NCBI GenBank assembly: GCA_028284225.1
Contig: JANQSD010000001.1
Location: 212,609-276,608, forward strand
Direction: 5' to 3'
Source of the DNA: Arenicellales bacterium
GTDB taxonomy: Bacteria > Pseudomonadota > Gammaproteobacteria > Arenicellales > JAHEKD01
DNA length: 64,000 bases
Made by a program: the position numbers and the translations under genes. The stretch's first letter is position 1. Each line of letters starts with the position of its first letter. The notes under the pieces were generated by a model. That model did not search any database, was not told the DNA's origin, and saw only the letters and a list, made by a program, of their open reading frames with translations. Below, one piece after another: positions 18,776 through 28,631 of the stretch.

Positions 18776-19750
18776 TTACTTTAGTTTTTCTCGTTCCAAG
18801 ATACCGGTCAAGCAACCGACATTTCCAGCTGCTTTTGAGAGTTCTTCAGTGGGTGTGGTGATGCACTCAATACCTTGGCTTTCGAAAAAACGTTGTGCTG
18901 TCGGTAAGTTTTCTACCATTAATATTTTTCTTGGCCCTAGTGTGACGAAGTTCATGCCGCGATAGCTGTCTTGGTCGTCTGTAAATGGCGGAAACACAAC
19001 TTGGTAGCTTCGTTCCCGTAATACTTGTACTGTATGGTGAGGTGTTCGACGGGGCCAGCCTATGGCTAGATTGGAATCGACTATTCGTAGCATACCCATA
19101 AAGTGCATGGTGCCGAAAGGCATATCGACTGCAATTAAATTTTTGCCGAGTTCATTTAACAGTGATTGAATTTGATCGATGGCTTGTTGGTTGGTTCGGT
19201 GCCCACGGCCGATCATTGCAGTTGTTTCATCAATCCACATTAAATCAGCACCTTCGAAAATACCGTTACCGATTAAGGTTTTTAATATTGGAATCCCCAA
19301 GTTGACGAGCTTCCTAGCAACCCAACGTTCTTCCCCGGCACGAACGGTAGAAGCGGGCCTGGCCAGGATCGCCCCCTGATCGGTCATCACGAATAGATCG
19401 GCGCAAAACATCTGATTCGGTTGGCAGGGTAGTTCCGGCTCTACAAGATGCACATCTATACCAAGGCCGGTATAGGATTCAACCATTCTAGTGTGCTCTT
19501 CAGCGGCCTTGGCAATATCTACAGGCGCCAGCATTTGTACTTTATCAGGTTGTTCGTTGGCTAACTCTAATTCTTCGCCAGGGCGATGTACTAACACGGA
19601 TTTAAGCTCACGCCATTCTGAATCGATGCCACAGGATTGCCAAACTGTGCCAAGTTCTTGTGTATGGTCCTGATCCCTTGGTGACCAACCTTGTCCACCA
19701 TATGCAGATGAGCTGAAAGTAGTATATTGATTCGGGTTTTGGGGATTCAT
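18776..19750 (-). CDS. Guanidino-group modifying enzyme (amidinotransferase / dimethylarginine dimethylaminohydrolase / arginine deiminase-like fold)
   Basis: The 324-aa product has MFCADLFVMT, FEGADLMW and a C-terminal GNVGCLTG with the expected catalytic Cys position. The exact substrate cannot be determined by eye. Confidence 0.6.
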   Translation of the reverse strand: MNPQNPNQYTTFSSSAYGGQGWSPRDQDHTQELGTVWQSCGIDSEWRELKSVLVHRPGEELELANEQPDKVQMLAPVDIAKAAEEHTRMVESYTGLGIDVHLVEPELPCQPNQMFCADLFVMTDQGAILARPASTVRAGEERWVARKLVNLGIPILKTLIGNGIFEGADLMWIDETTAMIGRGHRTNQQAIDQIQSLLNELGKNLIAVDMPFGTMHFMGMLRIVDSNLAIGWPRRTPHHTVQVLRERSYQVVFPPFTDDQDSYRGMNFVTLGPRKILMVENLPTAQRFFESQGIECITTPTEELSKAAGNVGCLTGILEREKLK

Positions 19751-19779
19751 ATGGGCGATTTATCTGATTTAGAGTTAAA

Positions 19780-20856
19780 TTAAAACGTAGTATTAATGAT
19801 CCCACCGCCCAGGCAAATTTCATTGCTATAAAATACCATCGATTGCCCGGGTGTTACGGCACGTTGAGGTTGGTCAAATAATACTTCTCCAGCATTGCCG
19901 TTTTGGAATGTAACTCGACAAGGTTGATCGATTTGACGATAACGGGTTTTAGCCGTGCAATTGATTTCGTTTGCCGTAAGCGAGTTAATGAGATGAATAT
20001 CTGTAACAGCTACTCGTTGACTGAATAATGCAGGGTGCTCATGTCCCTGAGCAGCATAAAGAATATTATTTTCTATATCTTTCGACGCCACATACCAGGC
20101 ATCGCCTTCGCCGCCAAGACCCATGCCTTGACGTTGACCGAGGGTGTAATACATCAAGCCATCGTGTTGACCGATTTTCTTTCCTTCAACCGATAGAATG
20201 TCCCCGGGGTTGGGTTTCAAATAGTTGCTCAGAAATTCTTTAAACTTACGTTCACCGATAAAGCAGATTCCGGTACTGTCTTTTTTATCATGATTCTCAA
20301 GGCCAAGTTTTGAAGCCATATTTCTGACTTGAGTTTTCTCTAACTCACCGATGGGAAACAATGATTGAGCCAGGGCTTGAGGTTCGATGGCATATAAAAA
20401 ATAAGACTGGTCTTTATTTTTATCCAGTCCGCGCAGAAGTTGATGATGGTCATCAACAATTTGCTGACGTGCATAATGGCCTGTTGCGATGTGATCCGCC
20501 CCAAGTTTTCGTGCATACTTTAAAAATTCTTTGAATTTTATTTCCCGGTTGCAAAGAATATCCGGGTTAGGCGTGCGCCCGGCTTTATATTCATCTAAAA
20601 ATTCTGCAAAGACTCTCTCCCAATATTCATAGGAGAAATTGACTGTATGCAACTCGATGCCGAGTTTTTCACATACTTTTTCAGCGTCTTGTCGATCTTG
20701 TTCGGCAGCACAGTAGGAGTCAGTATCATCTTCCTCCCAATTCTTCATGAACAAGCCAACGACATGGTAATCTTGCTCTAGTAGTAAATGGGCAGCTACC
20801 GATGAGTCAACACCTCCCGAGAGACCGACGACGACTGTTTTCGCCGCAGAATTCAT
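19780..20856 (-). CDS. mnmA: tRNA 2-thiouridine(34) synthase MnmA
   Basis: The PP-loop [15 protein letters not shown] is present, with [10 protein letters not shown] and full-length similarity to MnmA. Confidence 0.92.
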   Translation of the reverse strand: MNSAAKTVVVGLSGGVDSSVAAHLLLEQDYHVVGLFMKNWEEDDTDSYCAAEQDRQDAEKVCEKLGIELHTVNFSYEYWERVFAEFLDEYKAGRTPNPDILCNREIKFKEFLKYARKLGADHIATGHYARQQIVDDHHQLLRGLDKNKDQSYFLYAIEPQALAQSLFPIGELEKTQVRNMASKLGLENHDKKDSTGICFIGERKFKEFLSNYLKPNPGDILSVEGKKIGQHDGLMYYTLGQRQGMGLGGEGDAWYVASKDIENNILYAAQGHEHPALFSQRVAVTDIHLINSLTANEINCTAKTRYRQIDQPCRVTFQNGNAGEVLFDQPQRAVTPGQSMVFYSNEICLGGGIINTTF

Positions 20857-20865
20857 GATTCCTAG

Positions 20866-21609
20866 TTAGTTAAACAAGCCCTTGAATGTGTTGCTGACTT
20901 TTTGGGTCAAGCTTCTTTCATCACCGCTTGCTTGTTCAGGTTTATTAGCGTTGTTGGTATAGGACGTAAAGATCGATATGTCCAACCATTCTTCAGTGGG
21001 CTGAATGACGGGCATTTGACCATTGTCATAAAACCATGTGTCGACTACATAGCGATCCCCGGTTTCATGTTCTTCCAATTGCCCGGTCCAGTGCTGGTCA
21101 AAAGCGGCACGACGATAGGCGCGCTTAATGACTTTATGGTGCTTGATTAATTCATAGCGTTCCAGAACATGTAAGAATGTGGTTGTGTTAATAGATTCAT
21201 CGACACAATCAAGCTGTCCGGGGAAGGTCGCACCTTTACCGAGGTTATAACCGATATCTTTATGAATGGGCGTATAGTTACCGGCAAGTTGCTCCATTCG
21301 CGCGATCGCTTTGCCTATGCGAATTCGCTCAACATGGGGAGAGTTGGTTTGCGGCTCAAATAAAATTTCCACGGTCGACCACTCGTCCGGGGTCAACGAA
21401 ATATATTCCTTAACTCGACAGCCGAAGTTATAGCAAACGGGAATCATTTGTGGGCTGATTTTGACCGGAGCTTGATTCTCTGAGGCTTTACTGGGACTTT
21501 CGGAAACAAATAATTTGGGTGCCAGATTTCGGGTTTCTGAGGCGATTGCCTGCGACAGCATCAGTCCGGTTGCCAGAGCCAGTGAAAAAGTTGTTACAGT
21601 TTTGATCAT
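20866..21609 (-). CDS. Hypothetical exported protein
   Basis: The 247-aa product has the signal peptide MIKTVTTFSLALATGLMLSQAIA. No family was recognised. The gene is tightly packed between the nudix gene and mnmA on the same strand. Confidence 0.6.
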   Translation of the reverse strand: MIKTVTTFSLALATGLMLSQAIASETRNLAPKLFVSESPSKASENQAPVKISPQMIPVCYNFGCRVKEYISLTPDEWSTVEILFEPQTNSPHVERIRIGKAIARMEQLAGNYTPIHKDIGYNLGKGATFPGQLDCVDESINTTTFLHVLERYELIKHHKVIKRAYRRAAFDQHWTGQLEEHETGDRYVVDTWFYDNGQMPVIQPTEEWLDISIFTSYTNNANKPEQASGDERSLTQKVSNTFKGLFN

Positions 21610-21613
21610 GGAT

Positions 21614-22063
21614 TCAGCCTTTTATGTTCCCCAATATGCCTAAATTATACCGTATTCCTTTGCAATAATCGTTAATTCCACGCAAAACCTGTGGGCTGCG
21701 CAGTTGATCTTGTAAGGATTCAATCTGTGACCTGGAAAGCCATAATGCCTCAATTATATCGTCATCTTGAGGCTTGAATTTTTGTGTTGAAATCTCGCCG
21801 GTAAACAGAAAGCGTAAATAAGTACGATCTTTGTCTGCTTGCCGCCATCGATAGATACCCACTAGTGCTGTTGGCGTGAATTCTGTACCTGTTTCTTCCA
21901 ACATTTCACGTTTAATGGCGTCTAATAGTGTTTCGTTATCTTCAAGATGGCCGGCCGGCTGGTTGTAAACGATCCGTCCGGAAGACTTTTCCTTGACCAA
22001 CAGAAATTGGTCACCATTATTTACAATTGCAGCCACGGTTACCCGCGGTGTCCAAACTGACAT
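21614..22063 (-). CDS. NUDIX hydrolase (NudJ-like by position upstream of mnmA)
   Basis: The Nudix box is GHLEDNETLLDAIKREMLEETG. Confidence 0.85.
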   Translation of the reverse strand: MSVWTPRVTVAAIVNNGDQFLLVKEKSSGRIVYNQPAGHLEDNETLLDAIKREMLEETGTEFTPTALVGIYRWRQADKDRTYLRFLFTGEISTQKFKPQDDDIIEALWLSRSQIESLQDQLRSPQVLRGINDYCKGIRYNLGILGNIKG

Positions 22064-22259
22064 GTAGTTGCTCGATTTTTTTGCACGATTCTAGCATATC
22101 CTGTTGAATTTCAAGGCAGATTAGGAACCTGAATCAATCTGTATTGTCAAAACAGTTAGTTTGCTGTTTCGAGTCAGGCTAAATAGTTGAATTTCAAGGC
22201 ATTGACCGCACATTAGAAACAGAGAATAATTGTAGATCAAGACCGACGATCAAGTAAAA

Positions 22260-22580
22260 ATGAGCGACGAACAGGAAAATAACCATCAGGACGGGCTTTT
22301 GGTTGCACCGGCCAAGCCTAAGCTAGAAAAGCCGCGTCAATATCGAGTGATATTGATTAATGATGATTACACCACCATGGAGTTTGTCGTTATGATATTG
22401 GAAAGTATTTTTTACAAAACTCGCGAAGAAGCGGTGCAAATCATGTTGCATGTTCACCAGAAGGGCAAAGGTTTGTGCGGTATCTTCCCTCGAGAAGTTG
22501 CTGAATCTAAAGTTCAGCAGGTTTTGGATGTGGCCAAAGATCACGAGCATCCACTTCAATGTACGTTGGAACCTGAATAA
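22260..22580 (+). CDS. clpS: ATP-dependent Clp protease adaptor ClpS
   Basis: The 106-aa product has YRVILINDDYTTMEFVVMILESIF...A..IMLHVHQKG. Confidence 0.92.
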   Translation: MSDEQENNHQDGLLVAPAKPKLEKPRQYRVILINDDYTTMEFVVMILESIFYKTREEAVQIMLHVHQKGKGLCGIFPREVAESKVQQVLDVAKDHEHPLQCTLEPE

Positions 22581-24868
22581 TGTTATCTAAAGAGTTAGAA
22601 AACACTCTCAATCGAGCAATTCAGTTAGCTCATCAGTCCCGGCATGAGTTTGTGACGGTTGAGCATTTGTTAGTCGCCATGATTGACGATGAGCTGGCGC
22701 TTGAGATTTTTTCTGCCTGTGATGTCGATTTGGTCTTATTAAAAGAAGATCTGGACGAGTTTTTGTCCGATCAAGTTCCATTGTTGCCGGATGATGATAA
22801 TCTGGCCACTCAACCCGGAGTAGGTTTTCAGCGAGTATTACAACGTGCTATTTTGCATGTGCAATCGAGTGGCAAAAAAGAAGTTAACAGCGGTAACGTA
22901 TTAGTCGCTATTTTCGCTGAGCAGGAATCACATGCCGTTTATTTTTTGAATAAACAGAATGTTCAGCGTCTGGATGTGGTGAATTTTATTTCCCATGGCA
23001 TCAGTAAACAGATGGATGGCGGTTCGGCTGAGCCATTAGTTGAAGGGGACCAGGTTGAGGGCGATGAAAAAAATAAAAATCCGCTGGAGCAATTTGCCCG
23101 CAACCTGAACGAAATGGCTGGCGAAGGTAAAATCGACCCGTTGATTGGCCGTGAACTTGAGGTAGAGCGGACTATACAGATTCTATGTCGCAGGCGTAAA
23201 AACAATCCACTTTATGTCGGTGAGGCCGGTGTAGGTAAAACCGCCATTGCTGAAGGGCTGGCGAAAAAGATTCATGAGCAACAAGTGCCGGAAATTCTAG
23301 CTGCAAGTACTATTTGGGCATTGGACCTGGGTGCTTTGTTAGCAGGTACAAAATACCGGGGTGATTTTGAACAGCGTTTAAAAGGTGTATTAAAAGAGCT
23401 TACCAAAGATCCTGAGGCGATTTTATTCATAGATGAAATTCACACTCTGATTGGAGCAGGCGCTGCGTCCGGCGGCGCAATGGATGCTTCAAATATTCTC
23501 AAGCCATTATTATCTTCCGGTGAAATAAAATGCATTGGTTCTACAACTTTTCAGGAATATCGTAATATTTTTGAAAAAGATAGAGCTTTGTCGCGCCGTT
23601 TTCAAAAAATTGACGTGACTGAACCGAGTATTGCTGAAACTATCGACATTTTGAAAGGGCTAAAATCACGTTTCGAAGCCCATCACAAAGTGACTTACAC
23701 TAATGATGCGATTCAAACTGCTGCAGAATTAGCCTCACGTTATATTAATGATCGATTTCTACCTGATAAAGCCATTGATGTAATCGATGAAGCCGGCGCG
23801 CGTACGCACCTGGCTCCGGAAGGTAATCGTAAAAATGTAGTTGAGGTCGAAGATATAGAAATTGTGGTTGCCAAAATGGCCAGAATTCCGCCCAAGCAAG
23901 TTTCTTCATCCGACAAGGATTCTCTGAAAACGCTAGAGCGTGATTTGAAAATGGTTGTGTTTGGTCAGGACAAAGCCATAGAGACATTAGCTTCAGCAGT
24001 CAAACTGTCACGTTCGGGTTTGGGTAATCCGGATAAGCCGACGGGTGCTTTTCTGTTTTCCGGGCCAACCGGGGTAGGTAAAACTGAAGTCACCAAACAG
24101 CTAGCGCATGTTATGGGTATAGAATTGATTCGCTTTGATATGTCAGAGTATATGGAACGTCATTCTGTCGCCAGGCTGATTGGCGCACCACCAGGCTATG
24201 TAGGCTTTGATCAGGGCGGGTTATTAACTGATGCAGTCACTAAAAATCCCCATGCCGTACTTCTGTTAGACGAAATTGAAAAAGCGCATCCTGATGTGTT
24301 CAATCTGCTCTTGCAAGTCATGGATCATGGAACATTAACAGACAATAACGGCCGTAAAGCCGATTTTCGCAATGTGATTATTGTGATGACCACTAACGCA
24401 GGCGCTGAGGTGGCTGCACGTGCTTCAATTGGTTTCGCCCAGCAGGATCACTCCAGTGATGATATGGAAGTCATCAAAAAAACCTTCAGTCCGGAATTTC
24501 GTAACCGCCTGGATGGCATTATCGGTTTTAACGCGCTGGATGAACAAACAATTATGCATATTGTTAACAAGTTTATTATTCAACTGGAAGAGCAGCTGGC
24601 CGACAAAAATGTCAGTATTCAGGTTGATAACAAGGCACGGCAATGGCTGGCGACTAATGGTTATGATAAGGCTATGGGGGCAAGACCCATGGAACGACTA
24701 ATACAGGACAAAGTCAAACGTGCTTTAGCCGACGAATTATTATTCGGCAAGCTAAGTAATGGTGGAGAAGTCAGTGTCAGTGTTAACGATGACGATGATG
24801 ATTTGAGTTTTCATATTGGCATCGACTTACTGGAACATAACCCTGATCGCCCAGAAACTGTTCATTAA
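22580..24868 (+). CDS. clpA: ATP-dependent Clp protease ATP-binding subunit ClpA
   Basis: The 762-aa product has two AAA+ modules (GEAGVGKTAI and GPTGVGKTEV Walker A motifs). It lies immediately after clpS. Confidence 0.95.
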   Translation: MLSKELENTLNRAIQLAHQSRHEFVTVEHLLVAMIDDELALEIFSACDVDLVLLKEDLDEFLSDQVPLLPDDDNLATQPGVGFQRVLQRAILHVQSSGKKEVNSGNVLVAIFAEQESHAVYFLNKQNVQRLDVVNFISHGISKQMDGGSAEPLVEGDQVEGDEKNKNPLEQFARNLNEMAGEGKIDPLIGRELEVERTIQILCRRRKNNPLYVGEAGVGKTAIAEGLAKKIHEQQVPEILAASTIWALDLGALLAGTKYRGDFEQRLKGVLKELTKDPEAILFIDEIHTLIGAGAASGGAMDASNILKPLLSSGEIKCIGSTTFQEYRNIFEKDRALSRRFQKIDVTEPSIAETIDILKGLKSRFEAHHKVTYTNDAIQTAAELASRYINDRFLPDKAIDVIDEAGARTHLAPEGNRKNVVEVEDIEIVVAKMARIPPKQVSSSDKDSLKTLERDLKMVVFGQDKAIETLASAVKLSRSGLGNPDKPTGAFLFSGPTGVGKTEVTKQLAHVMGIELIRFDMSEYMERHSVARLIGAPPGYVGFDQGGLLTDAVTKNPHAVLLLDEIEKAHPDVFNLLLQVMDHGTLTDNNGRKADFRNVIIVMTTNAGAEVAARASIGFAQQDHSSDDMEVIKKTFSPEFRNRLDGIIGFNALDEQTIMHIVNKFIIQLEEQLADKNVSIQVDNKARQWLATNGYDKAMGARPMERLIQDKVKRALADELLFGKLSNGGEVSVSVNDDDDDLSFHIGIDLLEHNPDRPETVH

Positions 24869-25127
24869 CACATTCCTTTTCAATCAGACTGAGAAGATGA
24901 GTGCAGGTGCGGGGATGAAAATCAAATTGTTACAGTAAACTGTGATAGCACTCCCGAAAGAATTGCGAGTGCTTAGTGGCAATCTTCAGTTAGATTTTCA
25001 TAAAATCTACGATATGTTTCGTAATTCTCTCCAAGTCTTAAATTCGAAATTTTTACTAATATGGACTGTAGTCTTGGCAGTATTAGCTAAGAGAAATCGA
25101 AATCACTAAGATTATGGGAGTCCTAAC

Positions 25128-25352
25128 ATGTCAATTATCCAACCGCATCATACATTAGTCATCAACGACGGATCTTCGGAACTTGCTGTCACTAACCGGG
25201 GCTCAGGTGAAGTTAAATACGAAATCGCACAGGGAGATGAACATCCCGCCAGTCAAAAACTTTCTGGGCCAGGTTCAATGCAAGAATATGAAAATGTCGT
25301 GTATCCTGTCAAAATACATAATTTCGGACCTGATAGTATTGAAGTGACTTAA
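25128..25352 (+). CDS. Hypothetical small protein
   Basis: The 74-aa ORF has GGGAG 8 nt upstream of its ATG. No family was recognised. Confidence 0.4.
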   Translation: MSIIQPHHTLVINDGSSELAVTNRGSGEVKYEIAQGDEHPASQKLSGPGSMQEYENVVYPVKIHNFGPDSIEVT

Positions 25353-25397
25353 CTCTAACTTATTTGGAATAGCTAAATCGCCATACTTGGTTTTCGA

Positions 25398-25634
25398 TCA
25401 GATGCGATGATGTTGTTTAAGAAACTCTCTGGTTTCTTGCGCAATTGATTCTTCACCGTGTTCGCTGGCGATAATATAGGCTTGGGTCATAAAAAAACAA
25501 GCTTCATCGATTTCTTCATGTTGAGAAAATAAAATTCCTGCCTGGTGGTAAATTTCCGCCATTTCGAGCGGATCGTCAGTAACGACTAATTTATCGTCCA
25601 ATGCCTGAATCAGGCCGTCCAAATCAGACATCAA
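25398..25634 (-). CDS. Hypothetical small acidic protein (helical, TPR-like impression)
   Basis: The 78-aa ORF begins 12 nt downstream of the Rieske oxygenase gene on the same strand. No family was recognised. Confidence 0.45.
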   Translation of the reverse strand: MMSDLDGLIQALDDKLVVTDDPLEMAEIYHQAGILFSQHEEIDEACFFMTQAYIIASEHGEESIAQETREFLKQHHRI

Positions 25635-25646
25635 GATATATACAGG

Positions 25647-26795
25647 CTAATTTAGCAATTGGCGGGCAACCCATTCATGAAAACAGTGGGTGGCCACGTC
25701 CATGGTCGGAGAGAATTTACCACCGTCAAAATCCGGTGCGTAGCGACCTTTTTGCATACCTTCTACAGCGAATACATCTTCCTGAAATACTTCAGTCCAC
25801 ATGTCCTTTTTGACATTCCTTAAATCGGCCCATTCATCGCTGCACATAGCTGGATCGGCATAATAAATTTCTACTCGCTCTTCAGTTTGATCAACACTGA
25901 GCGGTGTGACATGAATAACAAAAAGGTGATCTTTATGAACCCCGATCTGAATATTCGGGTAAAAGGAAATATATTCAGCAGCCTGGTTCCATTTTTCTGA
26001 AAGGCCCGGAAATGTTGCAAATTTTCGCCCTGATTCATCCAGTTGTGGATTATAGACCATGGTTCCGGTGCCTGAGTATTTGCCTGATTCGACAATATAA
26101 TAATGATCTTGTAAGCGTGAATAGCTGTTCAGACCAGGATGCACCCAGGGCAGATGGTAATACTCACTGGTATTCTCAATGGGTAACTTCCAGTTGCTAT
26201 TGACGGTTAGCCTAATCGTTGAATCATCACCGCCATGATAGAGCTTTTGATCCTTGAACTCATGCCAGCGCTCAAACAGTTTTGCTGCATGTTGTTCGAA
26301 ATCAGGCGCATCACCGGACAGATTGACAAACACCATGTCCAACCATACATGCGAACGCACCTCAAACAGTCCTGTTTTATCGCGCTCAATCGCTGCATGC
26401 TTGTTATGGCCTGCGCCACCAACATGTGGCGTGGCATATAAGTCACCATTCAATTTATAGCACCAGGAATGGTAGGGACAGCGGATTACGCCTACTATAT
26501 TCTGCGGTTCTTCCACCAGTTTCATGCCACGGTGGCGACAAACGTTATTAAACACCCGAATCGTGTTGTCACGATCGCGAGTGATCAAAAGAGGAATGCC
26601 GGCAAAATCAATCGGTGCAACATCACCGGGGTTGGGAACATCCTTGCCAAAGCCAAGGCAAAACCAGTTTGGGTAAAAAACCTTTTTAATTTCTTCCTGA
26701 AATTTGATCGGATCTATATAGTTTTCATTCGGCAGGCCATTAGCCTTGCTGATGGGTTGAATAACACTTTCAAGGGGTTGTACACGTGCTTGCAT
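25647..26795 (-). CDS. Rieske [2Fe-2S] non-heme iron oxygenase, alpha-subunit type (choline/carnitine-monooxygenase-like)
   Basis: The Rieske motif is CRHRGMKLV...CPYHSWCY. The mononuclear-iron motif is NTSEYYHLPWVHPG. The product is 382 aa. Confidence 0.85.
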   Translation of the reverse strand: MQARVQPLESVIQPISKANGLPNENYIDPIKFQEEIKKVFYPNWFCLGFGKDVPNPGDVAPIDFAGIPLLITRDRDNTIRVFNNVCRHRGMKLVEEPQNIVGVIRCPYHSWCYKLNGDLYATPHVGGAGHNKHAAIERDKTGLFEVRSHVWLDMVFVNLSGDAPDFEQHAAKLFERWHEFKDQKLYHGGDDSTIRLTVNSNWKLPIENTSEYYHLPWVHPGLNSYSRLQDHYYIVESGKYSGTGTMVYNPQLDESGRKFATFPGLSEKWNQAAEYISFYPNIQIGVHKDHLFVIHVTPLSVDQTEERVEIYYADPAMCSDEWADLRNVKKDMWTEVFQEDVFAVEGMQKGRYAPDFDGGKFSPTMDVATHCFHEWVARQLLN

Positions 26796-26899
26796 GAGTT
26801 TTCCTCTTAACTGTCAGACTGATCCTGGTAAAGTTTAAAATTACTCTTCCAGTCACTATTTTGCAAGCGTGAAAAATTCAATCTTTGATTGAGAAAAAC

Positions 26900-27817
26900 T
26901 CAATCAAGACTAGGCTGCTCCAATACCCACTCAACAAATAGTTTGGCACCCTTATTCAATTTTTTCTGGTTATGTGAATACAGATAATAAGAACCGGGTG
27001 ATTTGATTGAAACATCAAGCAATCGACAAAGCTTACCTTGTTCAATCAGCGGCTTCACAAGTCTGTTCCAGCCCAGCAATATACCCTGATTATCCTGTGC
27101 AGCCTGTAAGGCAATAATATAATTATTGAATGAGCTGATGTTTTTAAGCGGAACATGAATATTAAAATTTTTAAGCCAGCGTGGCCAGTCGGTCCAGCTT
27201 TTGTCTTCGTGATGTAGTTGTAAAAGCGGTAATTCAACTAGCTGATCCGGTTTGCTCAGGTGTTTAAATTTTTTTGCCAGTTCTGGGCTGCAAACGGGAT
27301 AAATTTCATCAGAAAAAAGAAACTTAGAATCAAGCGTTTTATGCTGGCTCAAGCCGTATCTAATGCTTATATCTATCGCATCATTTAGCGTATCCATGTT
27401 GTTGTCAGAGAGGTTGTGATTAATGTGAACATCTGGATACTTTTTCCAGAACCGGTTAAGACGGGGCATTAACCATAACGACGAAAAAGCAGTGGTTGAA
27501 CCTAGTGTAAAGGTTAATTCGCCCGGCTTATTAGAAAACTCATTAATGGTTTTACTCAAGTTAGAAAAAGATAGTCGAAGTGACTCATATAATGCCTGCC
27601 CGTTTGGATTACAGTGAATTTTTTTATGTTGACGAACTAATAATTCAACGCCAATCTCGTTTTCTAATAACTTGATTTGTCGACTGACGGCACCTGCAGT
27701 AACCCCAAGCTCAGTTGCGGCCAAAGTTATACTTCCATGGCGGGCAACTGCTTCGAAAGTAGCCAGTGCGTTTAAAGAGGGCAAATTATAAAACTGACGC
27801 GACACATTAAAGAACAA
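26900..27817 (-). CDS. LysR-family transcriptional regulator
   Basis: The N-terminal HTH is LNALATFEAVARHGSITLAATELGVTAGAVSRQIKLLE, followed by a C-terminal substrate-binding domain. Confidence 0.9.
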   Translation of the reverse strand: MFFNVSRQFYNLPSLNALATFEAVARHGSITLAATELGVTAGAVSRQIKLLENEIGVELLVRQHKKIHCNPNGQALYESLRLSFSNLSKTINEFSNKPGELTFTLGSTTAFSSLWLMPRLNRFWKKYPDVHINHNLSDNNMDTLNDAIDISIRYGLSQHKTLDSKFLFSDEIYPVCSPELAKKFKHLSKPDQLVELPLLQLHHEDKSWTDWPRWLKNFNIHVPLKNISSFNNYIIALQAAQDNQGILLGWNRLVKPLIEQGKLCRLLDVSIKSPGSYYLYSHNQKKLNKGAKLFVEWVLEQPSLD

Positions 27818-27876
27818 ACAGCCAGGGAATTTGATCTTAGCACGAAGTGTGCATAAACGAGGCTATGATTGAGTTT

Positions 27877-28593
27877 TTAGCTGGTCGCTGACTTTAACAC
27901 CAGGGTTGAAATTTTACCTTTTTTATCCCGTACAATTTTGACCGGATATTGCGATTTATTATCAAGCCAAACGTGGTAAAAGCGATTATTGCGATCTTGA
28001 CGCTTGAGCGTAATTTTAGTCGTGTTAAATTCGCCGGCAGGTGTTTTTATTTTTTCCTGTGTTGGTTTTAAGACCACATATGCACGATATTTGTCACCGG
28101 TATTAATTTGATAAACCTTATTCTCAATGTGCTGCAAGTCCTCCAGCATAAACGCAAACGGAAAGCTGCCCAGATCAAATGTATTATTGCGAAGCTTTTC
28201 TGAGGTGCCAGAATTATAGGTAACAGTATTGGTTTTTCGATCAAAAACTGCTTTTCGGTTATAGGGTTTATTGCTTTTTCTAACAGCATGAAAACTTAAT
28301 GAAATCAACTGGTTACTTTCAATTTTAAAGGTTGATTTCTCATTTATCTCGCCCGGATAAAGCAAAGCAGCAGCAGCATTGGGCTTGATGTTAGAATCTG
28401 CAGTGTAAATGCCGTTGTTATAACTCAAGCGCTTCTCCACTTCGCCTAATGGGATTGAAATCAGTTCAAAATCATACTTCAAGTTTAGCTGCTTTGGGAA
28501 TTGCGATTGTGCCCAGGTTGAGGTGATAAATGCCATACTGGCAATAAATATTCCGAGGATTTTTATGTGTAGGTGATAAGTTAATTTTTTCAT
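27877..28593 (-). CDS. Exported beta-rich protein, probably DUF3108 family
   Basis: The 238-aa product has a signal peptide. In my recollection, a position directly downstream of purN is typical of DUF3108 genes in gammaproteobacteria. The assignment is not motif-proven. Confidence 0.5.
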   Translation of the reverse strand: MKKLTYHLHIKILGIFIASMAFITSTWAQSQFPKQLNLKYDFELISIPLGEVEKRLSYNNGIYTADSNIKPNAAAALLYPGEINEKSTFKIESNQLISLSFHAVRKSNKPYNRKAVFDRKTNTVTYNSGTSEKLRNNTFDLGSFPFAFMLEDLQHIENKVYQINTGDKYRAYVVLKPTQEKIKTPAGEFNTTKITLKRQDRNNRFYHVWLDNKSQYPVKIVRDKKGKISTLVLKSATS

Positions 28594-28631
28594 GTTGCTA
28601 TTGTAGTTTTTGTATTTGAAAAAAAGCTGAA

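Noticed and set aside
24948-24974. Hairpin agcactc...gagtgct as the clpA intrinsic terminator
   Set aside because: The 7-bp stem has a 13-nt loop and no following U-tract. That is insufficient to call a terminator.
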